This document shows positions 38,793 through 48,688 of a DNA stretch of 64,000 nt, piece after piece. Source of the DNA: an uncultured virus (IMG/VR IMGVR_UViG_3300020048_000013) (Duplodnaviria; Heunggongvirae; Uroviricota; Caudoviricetes); the IMG/VR virus record IMGVR_UViG_3300020048_000013; one strand, written 5' to 3'. Under the pieces are notes generated by a model. That model saw nothing but the letters and a program-made list of their open reading frames with translations, made no database searches and was not told the origin of the DNA. The translations under genes were made by a program, and so were the position numbers. Position 1 is the first letter of the stretch, and every line of letters begins with the position of its first letter.

Positions 38793-38992
38793 TTTTTTTC
38801 TCCTTTAATTTTTTTCCAACATTTTCTACAATAATATTCTATTGATTCTCTTGTAAATGCCGTATCAGGAACAACATTTATGTGTATTTTTTCTATATCG
38901 TTGGATATAAACTTTCCACAAGAACAACATTTTGGATTATTATAGTTTGATAATTTCATTCGGGTCTCCGCTTGTATACATTTCCAATCCAA
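38789..38992 (-). CDS. Small zinc-binding protein
   Basis: CCSC...CRKC; start uncertain. Confidence 0.55.
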   Translation of the reverse strand: MDWKCIQAETRMKLSNYNNPKCCSCGKFISNDIEKIHINVVPDTAFTRESIEYYCRKCWKKIKGEKK

Positions 38993-40076
38993 GCTCTTTA
39001 TTAATACTCATTAAAAATGATTCTTTCTTTGTGTGTGTTTGTAAAGTGTTATCTATTATAAGTGAATATCCTCCATGGGGTTTTATATCCATACAGTTTA
39101 TTACTAAATATTTTTTTACATTCGGTCTAAATTTTTCTTTTTCGATTGCATATTTTATTAAATCTATATTCAAAATACCAGTTTTAAAATTGCCTTGCCA
39201 CTCATTATATTCATTATGTTCGTGAGGATTATTGATGTATTTGGTTTCTTCTAAAAGATAATCATTTCCGTTACCATGTTTTGTTAAATATGATCTTGTT
39301 ACTAAATATATTTCTGTTTCATGAATTCCGCTAATCCACAAATTTTTAACACCCAAATCGGATCTCGTGACATTAGGGAACATTCCATTATGTTGGTCTA
39401 ATAATAATCCCTGAGAACTTTCGTATATAATAGTATCAAAAATTTTACTCAATTTTGCAATACCATTCATTTCTATTACATTTTTATTCGACGTAAGATA
39501 ATTAGTTATATAATAACAAGCACTCATAAAATATTCTAATTCGTCTTTAACCTTAGCTTTAATCACTTCGTCAAAATTATAATACTGAAAGAAATTATTT
39601 AATTTTTGTTTTACTATAAGAGGATATTTTAAATCCTGATATAATAAAGAATAAAAATCTTCTTCTCTCTGCATTGTTTTTCCGTAACCCATACCGCAAG
39701 TGCCGTCTGATAAATTTTTATTGCAATTGCGGTTGGCATATACTTCAAAAGGCGTAGTGACTGGACATGATGGATTTATATATATTGTTGGATTTATATT
39801 TTGTAAATTTAATACTTTAAGTTCGTTGACGAATGATAATGGATTAAATGCACATAAATGGGACCAATATGTAGGAATGTTTTGTAAAGTTCCGCTACCA
39901 AAACTGGAAAAAATATGTTTTTTTCCATTATATCTTACTTCATGTCCTGCCTGTGATCCTCCAGAATATCTAACGACTATACATTTTTCATTTTTATATT
40001 TTTCACATAATGACGATACTACTTTTCCTTTTCCTTCGTCACCAAATCCAAGTCCAATCACTACTACGTTTTTCAT
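38940..40076 (-). CDS. purA: Divergent adenylosuccinate synthetase-like protein (PurA type, not PurZ)
   Basis: GLGFGDEGKG, RYSGGSQAGH, GTCGMG, ESSQGLLLDQ, PNVTRS and TRSYLTKHGNG. Confidence 0.8.
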   Translation of the reverse strand: MKNVVVIGLGFGDEGKGKVVSSLCEKYKNEKCIVVRYSGGSQAGHEVRYNGKKHIFSSFGSGTLQNIPTYWSHLCAFNPLSFVNELKVLNLQNINPTIYINPSCPVTTPFEVYANRNCNKNLSDGTCGMGYGKTMQREEDFYSLLYQDLKYPLIVKQKLNNFFQYYNFDEVIKAKVKDELEYFMSACYYITNYLTSNKNVIEMNGIAKLSKIFDTIIYESSQGLLLDQHNGMFPNVTRSDLGVKNLWISGIHETEIYLVTRSYLTKHGNGNDYLLEETKYINNPHEHNEYNEWQGNFKTGILNIDLIKYAIEKEKFRPNVKKYLVINCMDIKPHGGYSLIIDNTLQTHTKKESFLMSINKELGLEMYTSGDPNEIIKL

Positions 40077-40978
40077 AGATGAATTCCTTTGTTTAACATT
40101 TCTTTTACAACATCAGCAGTATCTTTAGGTACATCTTTCATTTCTGCCATATTATCAGAAACATTGATTTTTGCTTTTGTTGGTTCTGTGTGTTTTAATA
40201 CTATGTTCGATATTGTTTCAGATACATTTTCTTGATTATCAATGAATATAACATTCTCTTGTAATATTTCTTTCCAACCTTGCTGAGTTTCTTTTTTAGA
40301 ACCAGCTCTGGTCGAAGTAATACAGATATGATATACTTCATATTTTTCGGAAGCTTTGTTTAATAATTCTTGATAAGTAAATTTGGCTTGCGCTTCTCCC
40401 ATAATATTTTTTAAACTACTTACTGAAATATCTTTTAAAGTCGGCTCGTCGCCAATAGTAATAAGAATTCCTTTTTTTCCTCTTTTTTCGAAAGAGTCTA
40501 TACTAGTATGAAATCCTGCGAAATACCAAGCCAATAAATAACTTTCGCCTTCGTTTCCTCCGCCTTTTCCTTCTAACCAAACAGTAGTCAACCATTTATC
40601 GAGAAGTTCGTCGGAACTTTCAAACTGACCGACCTGAAGAGGTGCTTGGTCACATGTATGATCACCAATCGCTAGAAAAAGAACTTGTGGATCAGAAACT
40701 CCGTTTTGAATTATATTGTTCATCAAATTAGGAAATCCTTGTTTGACTAAAAAATGAGGAATTGATTGCATCGAACCAGTAACATCAAGTCCTATGATAA
40801 TCGGTATTGTGTTTGGATGTTCTGCCGAATCTCTGGATTCTCGTATCTTTACACCAAAAGGAGTCATTGCGTTATTAATGCTTCTTTGGGAGAAAATCTC
40901 CTGGGCAGATTTTGTATCATACCCAAGAGACCTACTACGGACCGTTCTGGCAGAATAATCGTATTCTCCGTGTCCCAT
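40073..40978 (-). CDS. vWA (MIDAS) domain protein
   Basis: LDVTGSM (DxTxS), IGDH, GKGGGNEGESY and ITIGDE. Confidence 0.85.
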   Translation of the reverse strand: MGHGEYDYSARTVRSRSLGYDTKSAQEIFSQRSINNAMTPFGVKIRESRDSAEHPNTIPIIIGLDVTGSMQSIPHFLVKQGFPNLMNNIIQNGVSDPQVLFLAIGDHTCDQAPLQVGQFESSDELLDKWLTTVWLEGKGGGNEGESYLLAWYFAGFHTSIDSFEKRGKKGILITIGDEPTLKDISVSSLKNIMGEAQAKFTYQELLNKASEKYEVYHICITSTRAGSKKETQQGWKEILQENVIFIDNQENVSETISNIVLKHTEPTKAKINVSDNMAEMKDVPKDTADVVKEMLNKGIHL

Positions 40979-40980
40979 AA

Positions 40981-41331
40981 TTAAATTTCACCTCCAAATA
41001 ATTCTTTATATCTTTTTCTTCCCACTTCAATTTCGATATCCAGCTGTCTTATAGCAATGCCTAATTCCAGATCTGTTGTCGAAAATTTTCTGCCATCGAA
41101 GTTTTTTGCGAGAATTAAAGAATGTGCGGTTTCTGGAGACATATCGAGCATTTCGGCTCTATCCATCTCCATTCTTTTTCTTTTTTGCAGCATGTCTTCT
41201 ACCATTCTACGATAAGACATTTCTGCGTCATCAGATATCGCTGATGCTCTTGCATCTTTAATATCTTTAATGTTTCTTTTTAGAGATTGAATGAACAATC
41301 CTTCTTTTACTGCTACTTTGTCGTCTGACAT
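40981..41331 (-). CDS. Helical hypothetical protein co-transcribed with vWA/PurA
   Basis: GGAG RBS; 2-nt gap to the vWA gene. Confidence 0.75.
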   Translation of the reverse strand: MSDDKVAVKEGLFIQSLKRNIKDIKDARASAISDDAEMSYRRMVEDMLQKRKRMEMDRAEMLDMSPETAHSLILAKNFDGRKFSTTDLELGIAIRQLDIEIEVGRKRYKELFGGEI

Positions 41332-41351
41332 TTGATTCTCCTTTTTGGGTT

Positions 41352-41507
41352 TTAGTTAGTTTCGTCTGTTTTATCTTTGTTTTTATATCCGATTATCCAT
41401 TTATAAATTCTATCAGATAATATTAAATCCATGTTTGCATCAGCTTGTGATCCAAAAACCATTGTGATAATTCTTTCTCTTAAAGATTGTTGATCGTCTG
41501 TTAACAT
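41352..41507 (-). CDS. Small hypothetical protein (51 aa)
   Basis: Hand translation MLTDDQQSLRERIITMVFG...; GGAG RBS. Confidence 0.55.
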   Translation of the reverse strand: MLTDDQQSLRERIITMVFGSQADANMDLILSDRIYKWIIGYKNKDKTDETN

Positions 41508-41521
41508 TTCTGTTCTCCTTT

Positions 41522-41776
41522 TTAGTTTATTTCGGCATTATCCGCTGTTATTGTTGCTTGATTCATTGCTTTATCTTTTTCTTGCGCTTCTACTGATTCT
41601 TTCAGTGCTTTCTGTCTTTCTGCTTCGTGTTTAAAATATATTTCTCTTTTTGGTGCTATGAATTTTTCCCTATCATATCTATGTTTCAATACATTTTTTC
41701 TTTTTGATATCTTTCTTTCGTTTTTTAGACGATTTAAAACTTCGTGTTTTAATTTTCTTTTGCTATTGATACTCAA
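41522..41776 (-). CDS. Basic hypothetical protein
   Basis: GGAG RBS, TTG start. Confidence 0.6.
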   Translation of the reverse strand: MSINSKRKLKHEVLNRLKNERKISKRKNVLKHRYDREKFIAPKREIYFKHEAERQKALKESVEAQEKDKAMNQATITADNAEIN

Positions 41777-41791
41777 TTTTTTCTCCTTTAA

Positions 41792-42124
41792 TTATATTTC
41801 CATCCAATCTTCTGCGAGTATGTCGGTCTGAGATGCCAACCAAGGAACAAACATATCATCAGCGGTTTTCATCATAATATAAGGATGAAATTTACAAACA
41901 GTTCCTTCTGGAATTCCTGTTGCTTCTGCAGTGTTTTTGTTTATTGCAACACCATCAGGATATCCTTTCTGTAATACAATCCACATTCCTTTTCCATTCC
42001 ATCCTACTCTTGCTACTTTTCTGCCTTTACGAAGATGTGATAATGCTCCGCCAAAAGTCAGATTCTTCTGCTTTTTGTCTATTACTTCTTCATTTGCTTT
42101 TGCTTCGTAACCTTGCGATCCCAT
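41792..42124 (-). CDS. tad2: DUF2829 / Tad2-like cyclic-nucleotide sponge (anti-Thoeris)
   Basis: TFGGAL..L.KG.KVARVGWNGKGMW...KTAD...PWLASQTDILAEDW, the DUF2829 signature. Confidence 0.85.
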   Translation of the reverse strand: MGSQGYEAKANEEVIDKKQKNLTFGGALSHLRKGRKVARVGWNGKGMWIVLQKGYPDGVAINKNTAEATGIPEGTVCKFHPYIMMKTADDMFVPWLASQTDILAEDWMEI

Positions 42125-42341
42125 TTGTTTCTCCTTTTTTTAATTTTTTAATTGTGTCATTTGTAATACTTTCGTTGATATAAAATATAAGTTCTTTCGG
42201 TATGGTTGTTTTGTCTTGTAAATAATATCTACCACTCACATCTTCAACACATTTCATCGATCCCCGAATAATTTCGACATTTTTCTTTAAATATTTGATG
42301 GAATATTTTGTACCATCTATTTTAATAATTTCTTTTTTCAT
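42090..42341 (-). CDS. Hypothetical protein
   Basis: 83-aa ORF right after the ligase. Confidence 0.55.
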   Translation of the reverse strand: MKKEIIKIDGTKYSIKYLKKNVEIIRGSMKCVEDVSGRYYLQDKTTIPKELIFYINESITNDTIKKLKKGETNGIARLRSKSK

Positions 42342-42343
42342 TT

Positions 42344-44206
42344 TTATCTTATCATTTTATATAAATCATTTTCGGATATAATCTCAACTCCAGCAGATTT
42401 TGCCTTTTCTACTTTTGATCCTGGATCAATTCCAACCACCAGATAATCTAAATTTTTAGATACTGATTTTATAACTCCGCCATTTTCTTTAATCAAGTTT
42501 TCAACATCATCTCGTTTTGTACTCAGCGTTCCTGTGCAACAGAACGATTTCCCAACCAATTTATCGCTTGCTTTCACAATAATTTCCTTTTGTTTAATTT
42601 TTACTACTTCTTTCATTTCTGTATAAAAATCTAATATTTCTGATTTGTGTTTTAGTATTAATAAAGCAGTTTCTTCTCCAATATTACTAAGAGTTTCTAA
42701 ATCATCATAATTAGCATATTCACACAATTTTTCGATTGTTTCATATTTATCAATCAATACTTTAGAAGTAGATTTTCCGAGATTTGGTATGTTGCATCCT
42801 CTTATAATATCTTCGTAAGAAACTTCTTTATGTTTCGACATCGTATTAATTATGAGTTCTGCTGACCTATCCCCAAACCCATCCAAAACAGCAATAACAT
42901 CTTTCGATAATCTATATAAATCAGAAGTTGTTTTTATTAATCCTGCATTATATAAAGCATCTATAGTTTTATCACTTATGCCTTTAGCATTAATTATATC
43001 AATCCATCTGTTGATTTTACCAATTGCTTTAGCTTTGCAATTTATATTATTACATATTTGGAAAGCTCCGTCATTATGCAACATACTATTACAAACAGGG
43101 CATTTTGTCGGAAATACATACTCTCCGTTTTCGATAAGAGTTATTTGATGTTTTGGTATAACATCTCCACTTCTAACAATTCCTATTACCGAACCTATAG
43201 AAATTTTATGTTGTTTTATATAATCCATGTTATGAAGTGTAACTCTTGTTATAGTAGATTCGTCAATTTCGACAGGAAATACTTCTGCAACATACGACAG
43301 TCTTCCGCTACCAGTCATTTCAAAAATAATATCTACTACTGGAGTAGCTACAACATCTCCAACAAGTTTGAATGCCATTTTGTATTCGGGATTTTTGTCG
43401 GATCTATTATGTAACGAAATGTCGTTGTAAGTAAAAACCAATCCATCCATTTTGATTTCGTGGTTTGCTTTGTAGATTTTAAAATCGTTTATGATGTTAT
43501 GTACTTCTGTATCATTATCAAGTTTTATGTATTCTGGAGTACGAAAATCTAATTTAAATTTTAAAAAATCAAGTTTTTCGACTTCTTCTTTAAATATTAT
43601 ATTAGAAATAATGTCGTAACCAATAAAATTAATAAATCTCGATAAATCAGTATCTTCTTTTCTTAGAGGATTAATTAATCCTGGTATAATATTTCTTCTC
43701 GATTTTGGTTCGTCTAATCCTCTTTTGACCATTTCTTTTTTGAGTATTTCAAAATTGGTTTTGGTTATAACGAGTTCTCCTCTAATTTCCATATCTCCTG
43801 TAAAATATATACTTTTAGGAAAACTTACATTATTTAGTGCTTTCGTTATATCTTGTCCAACAAATCCATCCCCTCTGGTAGCACCGTATAAAAAATTCCC
43901 GCCTTTATATATTAAAGAACAAGAACAGCCGTCAAGTTTTTGTGTAGATACTACCGATTTATTTCCAATCCAAGAAAGCAAATCTATAATATCTTTTGTT
44001 TTATCCAAAGACATCATCGGAATTTTATGAATCATTTTATTAGAAATTTCTTCTAAACCAACGATATTAAAAACAGCCGAATCTGGAAATAATTTCATTC
44101 CTTCTGCTTCAAATAGGTCAAATTCGTCGTCGGATATTAATGGAAATCCTCTATCATAAGCTTCTTTATATTCTTTCCATTTTTGTTCGAATTCTTCTTG
44201 TCTCAT
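42344..44206 (-). CDS. ligA: NAD+-dependent DNA ligase
   Basis: PMMSLDK, KLDG, ATRGDG..G, RGE, DGLV, TLHN, RSGDVIP, Zn finger, HhH and BRCT (FCCTGTL). Confidence 0.95.
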   Translation of the reverse strand: MRQEEFEQKWKEYKEAYDRGFPLISDDEFDLFEAEGMKLFPDSAVFNIVGLEEISNKMIHKIPMMSLDKTKDIIDLLSWIGNKSVVSTQKLDGCSCSLIYKGGNFLYGATRGDGFVGQDITKALNNVSFPKSIYFTGDMEIRGELVITKTNFEILKKEMVKRGLDEPKSRRNIIPGLINPLRKEDTDLSRFINFIGYDIISNIIFKEEVEKLDFLKFKLDFRTPEYIKLDNDTEVHNIINDFKIYKANHEIKMDGLVFTYNDISLHNRSDKNPEYKMAFKLVGDVVATPVVDIIFEMTGSGRLSYVAEVFPVEIDESTITRVTLHNMDYIKQHKISIGSVIGIVRSGDVIPKHQITLIENGEYVFPTKCPVCNSMLHNDGAFQICNNINCKAKAIGKINRWIDIINAKGISDKTIDALYNAGLIKTTSDLYRLSKDVIAVLDGFGDRSAELIINTMSKHKEVSYEDIIRGCNIPNLGKSTSKVLIDKYETIEKLCEYANYDDLETLSNIGEETALLILKHKSEILDFYTEMKEVVKIKQKEIIVKASDKLVGKSFCCTGTLSTKRDDVENLIKENGGVIKSVSKNLDYLVVGIDPGSKVEKAKSAGVEIISENDLYKMIR

Positions 44207-44235
44207 TTTATTCTCTCCATTTGTTTATTGATTGC

Positions 44236-44264
44236 AATATACTTATAAAAAAATTGAAAGTCAA
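44236..44264 (-). promoter_or_regulatory. Sigma70-like promoter TTGACT-17-TATATT
   Basis: Exact spacing, upstream of the ligase. Confidence 0.8.
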
Positions 44265-44565
44265 GCATTATTTTCACTTTTTTTGTCTATTATACTTTTT
44301 TTACATTTTGGAACTGATAGACAAGTCCATAATTCGCATCCACATTGAAATTGGTCATTATACCATCCGCATTTCTCATTTTTACATCTTTTTTTAGTCA
44401 TCATATCCTCCTATGACAACGAATGGATTTTCGTCGTCTTTTGAGACTACGATTACATCTTCATTGGTTAACTGAATTTTTGTGCATTCATAATCATTCC
44501 AATAAAACACTTCAGTGTCGTCTGGTAAATTTTTTAGAATTTTTAATAATTTATTTACTTTCATT

Positions 44566-44784
44566 TTATTCTCCTATATAAAGTATTGGAATTACCGTAT
44601 CGTCTGATGCTACATATTCTTTAGCATCTTCTTCACTATCATATATTACAGCATCTTCAAAACAATATGCCATTTCTAATATACATTCTTCTGTTACTTC
44701 AAACGGACCTCCTTCATTATTCGACATCACTTCTAATTCCTGATTCATTTCTTTCAATTTTTCGATTAATTCTTTTACTTTCAT
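44566..44784 (-). CDS. Small acidic protein (MKVKELIEKL family); a related short ORF follows at about 44395-44564
   Basis: GGAG RBS; the next ORF begins MKVNKLLKILKNLP. Confidence 0.65.
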   Translation of the reverse strand: MKVKELIEKLKEMNQELEVMSNNEGGPFEVTEECILEMAYCFEDAVIYDSEEDAKEYVASDDTVIPILYIGE

Positions 44785-44891
44785 TTTATTTCTCCTTTAA
44801 TTTATCTTTTATTTCAACAAGAACATCATATATATCTGATAACTGCCACGAAAATATACACAACATAAGAAAAATAAGTAACTTCATAATT

Positions 44892-45188
44892 TTATCTCTC
44901 CTTTACAAATTCAAGTTTGGGAACTATGTTTCCGTCAGATATATTTATCGTGCCTACTATTTTTTTAAATCCGACAGAAAAAGTTAATTTTTTCTTCGAT
45001 ACTTTTAAATCTTCGAGAAATGAAAATTTTTCTTTAATTACTTTTTCGTAATCTTTCCAATCCTCGTGTTCTTTCTCATCTTCCCATCTACCAAGAATAG
45101 CCGCATACCAAGCAAAATCTATTTTTGATACGATTGCTTTAAAATCACTTCTCAGTTCTTCGAGGTTGTCTTTAGTTAATGATTTCAT
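44892..45188 (-). CDS. Hypothetical protein
   Basis: GGAG RBS. Confidence 0.65.
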   Translation of the reverse strand: MKSLTKDNLEELRSDFKAIVSKIDFAWYAAILGRWEDEKEHEDWKDYEKVIKEKFSFLEDLKVSKKKLTFSVGFKKIVGTINISDGNIVPKLEFVKER

Positions 45189-45202
45189 TTGTTCTCTCCT
45201 TT

Positions 45203-45445
45203 TTAATTTTTAAATGGACATTTGTTGTGAGGAATCAAATTTTCTTCTTCGTCTGAAATAAGCATTATTATTGATTTATTTTCTTTTTGTAAAGATCCTT
45301 TTATTAATTCTGGATAAATGCATAAAAAATCAACTCCGAAATTATTAACTATAAGAAAAGGGCAACATTTTTCATCTTTTTTCGAAGCGCAAACACATTC
45401 ACCATCTTTATCTGGCAATTCGATTTCTATACTTTTTTTTATCAT
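45203..45445 (-). CDS. Small Cys-rich hypothetical protein
   Basis: GGAG RBS; CVC, CCPF and CPF. Confidence 0.65.
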   Translation of the reverse strand: MIKKSIEIELPDKDGECVCASKKDEKCCPFLIVNNFGVDFLCIYPELIKGSLQKENKSIIMLISDEEENLIPHNKCPFKN

Positions 45446-45693
45446 TTGTTCTCTCCTATATTAATCAAGCTACTCATGCTATCCACGATTAAAATTTTCG
45501 TATCTTTACTTTTATCTTTTAACATAAATTCTGCCATCATTTTAGCCGCATAATCTTTTGTTGCTATCATGCTTTTGGGTATTATTGTCTTTGGTTCTCC
45601 TCCAGTCAGATCGACAATCAAATCACCAAACTGTTCAACTTCATAAAATACAACATCACCATTATCGTTTTGTTCTGCTACCATTTTTATCAT
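45442..45693 (-). CDS. Hypothetical protein
   Basis: GGAG RBS; first gene after a promoter. Confidence 0.65.
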   Translation of the reverse strand: MIKMVAEQNDNGDVVFYEVEQFGDLIVDLTGGEPKTIIPKSMIATKDYAAKMMAEFMLKDKSKDTKILIVDSMSSLINIGENK

Positions 45694-45722
45694 TTCTTCT
45701 CTCCTGTTTTAAATTCTAAGGT

Positions 45723-45759
45723 AATATAAATAAAAAAAAGGCTCAAGTCAAGCCTTTTT
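45723..45759 (-). promoter_or_regulatory. Sigma70-like promoter TTGACT-17-TATATT overlapping a terminator hairpin
   Basis: AAAAAGGCTTGACTTGAGCCTTTTTTTT contains the -35 box. Confidence 0.8.
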
Positions 45760-45779
45760 AATAATATTTTAAAATATTT

Positions 45780-46172
45780 TTATTCTGTTAAAAATTTTCT
45801 CATTCTATCAGCCACATCTTGAGAAGTATGTCCATCCCACTTTACTGCAACTCCAGTTTCTGTTAATTTAAAATAATCCCAATACTTCATTTCATAATGA
45901 TTTGATATCTGTCCTGTTGGCAACTCTGCAAAAACAATAAACCAATCTTCCTTATCAAAAGGAAACTTTCCGTCATAATGTTTTTTCGATTTATAAACAT
46001 TATAAGGATTATTTTCTAATTCTGCCCAAGCATTAAAAAGCAATGCGTTATAGAGTAATCTAAATTCATACAATTCTTCGAAGGTGTGATATCCGTCTGA
46101 AATTTTAGAAAAATCTGTTCCATGTTTTGATAATTCGTTCGTTAAAATGTTAATTGCTTCTACTGTCGTCAT
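45780..46172 (-). CDS. WDGH-motif phage protein
   Basis: SDGYHTFEELY..R, GQISNHY and WDGHT. Confidence 0.75.
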   Translation of the reverse strand: MTTVEAINILTNELSKHGTDFSKISDGYHTFEELYEFRLLYNALLFNAWAELENNPYNVYKSKKHYDGKFPFDKEDWFIVFAELPTGQISNHYEMKYWDYFKLTETGVAVKWDGHTSQDVADRMRKFLTE

Positions 46173-46173
46173 T

Positions 46174-46344
46174 TTAATTCTCCTTTTCGATTAGTTCTAA
46201 TTCTGGTTCATCTCCGTCTTCAAATAATTCGGGAGCAGCAATTTCTAATATTTCCCACAATGCTGTTCCATAATCAGAATCGTCCTCATAACAAAGAGCA
46301 TTGTTGGCTATTATTTTAATTTTATTTAAATCTTCTGAGTTCAT
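46174..46344 (-). CDS. Small acidic protein (56 aa)
   Basis: Hand translation MNSEDLNKLKIIANNALCYEDD...; AGGAG RBS. Confidence 0.55.
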   Translation of the reverse strand: MNSEDLNKIKIIANNALCYEDDSDYGTALWEILEIAAPELFEDGDEPELELIEKEN

Positions 46345-46353
46345 TTTATCTCC

Positions 46354-48675
46354 TTATCCACATTTTGTGTTTCCACATTCTTTGCAAATTGAACATCCAC
46401 TTTCGAAAATTAATAATGTTCCACATTCGCTACATTTTTCTCCAGTAAGAGTTCCTTCTGGTAAGTATTCTCCTAATAATTTTTTTATTTGATATATAAA
46501 AGAATATATCGGAGGATTAATTTCTTCAATTGCTTTTATAATATGAATTATCTGTATTCGATGTCTTAACAATAATCCTATAACTCTCGCTATTTTAACT
46601 ACGTTTGCTTGTTTGTGAGAATTGTTCATCAACTTATCCAAATGTCCGTTTTTAATATGTTTCTTTGCTAATTTAATCAAACATTCGAGAACTTCTTCTG
46701 TTATGATGTTAGTTTCTGTTGCGTTTGTAGTTACTAATAAACCCATTGGCAATTTTGTTTCTTGATCGATTGGTAATGTAACGTACCATTTTCTTCCTTC
46801 GCTTCTAATAACTTTATATCTACCAGTTCCTTCGTCGGGAAATTTGAAATCTTGTAATATTTGCCATTCTCTTTTATCTTTTTCTGAAGCATTTAAAACT
46901 CCTTCACGACAACCATCTCTATATACAGTAACTCCTTTCAATCCTTTTTCCCAAGCTTGTTGATAAATGTTTGATATTGTTTCTTTCGTAACATCATTTG
47001 GAAGATTTATAGTAGAACTTATAGACGCACTTATATATTTTTGAATTCTTGACTGAACATCAATTCTATTTTCCCAATTTATTTGGCTCGATGTAATGAA
47101 ACACGGATTTTTTAAATGAGCATTTTCTCCAAAAAGTTTGTTATATTCTAATACTAATGGATGCCATACTGTATATTTTTCTTTCTTTCCTGTTTTTCCT
47201 GCCTGATGAATTGTTCTTTCGTAAGACAATTGATATATTGGTTCTATACCCGAAGAAGTTTGAAGAATAATAGATATACTTCCACTCGGAGCACATGTCG
47301 TATATCCTATATTTCTCGTGCCATACATAACCAAATCTATTATTGTTCCTTCATCAAGCATATCAAAATAAGGATTGTTTATCCAATTTACCCAATATTG
47401 ACTCTGTGCGCCAGAATCATCTATCGGCATATATTTTTTAAGAACTCCACAAGCACCTCTTTCTTTTGCTAACTCTATACTTTCTTTAATTGAGTTTATA
47501 TACAAAACATATCCCATTTTATCTTCAAAATCTAAAGATTCTTTACTGCCATACACTAAATTCAATCTAATCAAACAATCAGCAAATCCTGTAAATCCAA
47601 GACCTACTTTATTACTCAACTCTGTGGCTGTTTTGTTTATTTCTAAAGGTTCTCTATCTACATTTAATAAATTTATATCGTCTAAAAATCTTATGCCTCT
47701 TCGAGTCATTTCTGCAAATAGTTCATAATCAAATTCTGCTTTGTTGGTAAAAGAATTTTTGACAAATTTATTCAAATCCAAACTCCCCAAACAACACGAA
47801 GCACCATTCTCCAACGGCAATTCTCCGCATGGATTTGTGCTTATAGCTCTTGTTTCTGGAAATACTCCTGCTGGTTCTGAACAAATATTATCCCAAAACA
47901 ATAATCCTGGTTCAGCACCATTCCAATTACTTTCTACAAATAAATCCCAAATTGTTCTTGCTTTTTCTGTTTTAGAAAAAATTGTTCCGTCTTTTAAAGT
48001 ATAACTCATTACCCAATCAGCATCTTCTTTAACTGCAGTCATGAAAGAATTAGTTATTTTAACAGATATGTTTGCATATTGAACTTTTGATTTATCTGCA
48101 CTGCCTTTCACTTTTATAAAATCTATAATATCGGGATGGGAACAATCCATAGTGAGCATTAATGCTCCTCTCCTTCCATATTGACCTATAATTCCTGTAA
48201 TCATGGAATATAAGTCCATAAAAGAAACAGCCCCAGAAGTCGTTTTTGCTGAGTTGTTTACTGGAGATCCTTTTGGTCTTAGAGTTGATACATCAAATCC
48301 AACACCGCCGCCTTTACTGAATAGAATAGCTTGTTTTTTTGCAGTTTCGAAAATACCGCTTATCGAATCTTCTTCTATTTTTATAACATAACAATTTTTT
48401 AAAGTTGCTGTTTTATCATTGGGATTGCCTAAAGCATATAGAATTCTTCCGCCAGGTATAAAATAATCTAAAAGTGTTCTAAACTTTCCATGCCAAATAT
48501 TTTGATTTTCAAAACTCTCTGCTTTAACAACAGCAGTAGATAATCTATCTCTCATATCATCTAATGAAAATTCTAATAATTCATCCGTTTCTTCATTTTT
48601 CAAAAAATATTTTTTAATCGATACATCTGTTGCTAATTCATCTCCGCCAAAATTTTTTAATATTTTATTTCTCAT
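46354..48675 (-). CDS. nrdJ: Ribonucleotide reductase, probably class II (B12-dependent)
   Basis: PGGRIL, NCYV, GGGVG, RRGALM, TNPCGE, APSGSIS, SISSTINLP, KGVTVYRDG, C-terminal Zn ribbon; no small subunit nearby. Confidence 0.85.
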   Translation of the reverse strand: MRNKILKNFGGDELATDVSIKKYFLKNEETDELLEFSLDDMRDRLSTAVVKAESFENQNIWHGKFRTLLDYFIPGGRILYALGNPNDKTATLKNCYVIKIEEDSISGIFETAKKQAILFSKGGGVGFDVSTLRPKGSPVNNSAKTTSGAVSFMDLYSMITGIIGQYGRRGALMLTMDCSHPDIIDFIKVKGSADKSKVQYANISVKITNSFMTAVKEDADWVMSYTLKDGTIFSKTEKARTIWDLFVESNWNGAEPGLLFWDNICSEPAGVFPETRAISTNPCGELPLENGASCCLGSLDLNKFVKNSFTNKAEFDYELFAEMTRRGIRFLDDINLLNVDREPLEINKTATELSNKVGLGFTGFADCLIRLNLVYGSKESLDFEDKMGYVLYINSIKESIELAKERGACGVLKKYMPIDDSGAQSQYWVNWINNPYFDMLDEGTIIDLVMYGTRNIGYTTCAPSGSISIILQTSSGIEPIYQLSYERTIHQAGKTGKKEKYTVWHPLVLEYNKLFGENAHLKNPCFITSSQINWENRIDVQSRIQKYISASISSTINLPNDVTKETISNIYQQAWEKGLKGVTVYRDGCREGVLNASEKDKREWQILQDFKFPDEGTGRYKVIRSEGRKWYVTLPIDQETKLPMGLLVTTNATETNIITEEVLECLIKLAKKHIKNGHLDKLMNNSHKQANVVKIARVIGLLLRHRIQIIHIIKAIEEINPPIYSFIYQIKKLLGEYLPEGTLTGEKCSECGTLLIFESGCSICKECGNTKCG

Positions 48676-48688
48676 TTAAGTCCTTTAA

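Noticed and set aside
38940..40076. PurZ / 2-aminoadenine (Z) genome pathway
   Set aside because: The catalytic motif is GDEGKG (PurA type), not GSTGKG, and no DatZ/MazZ-like neighbours are recognisable.
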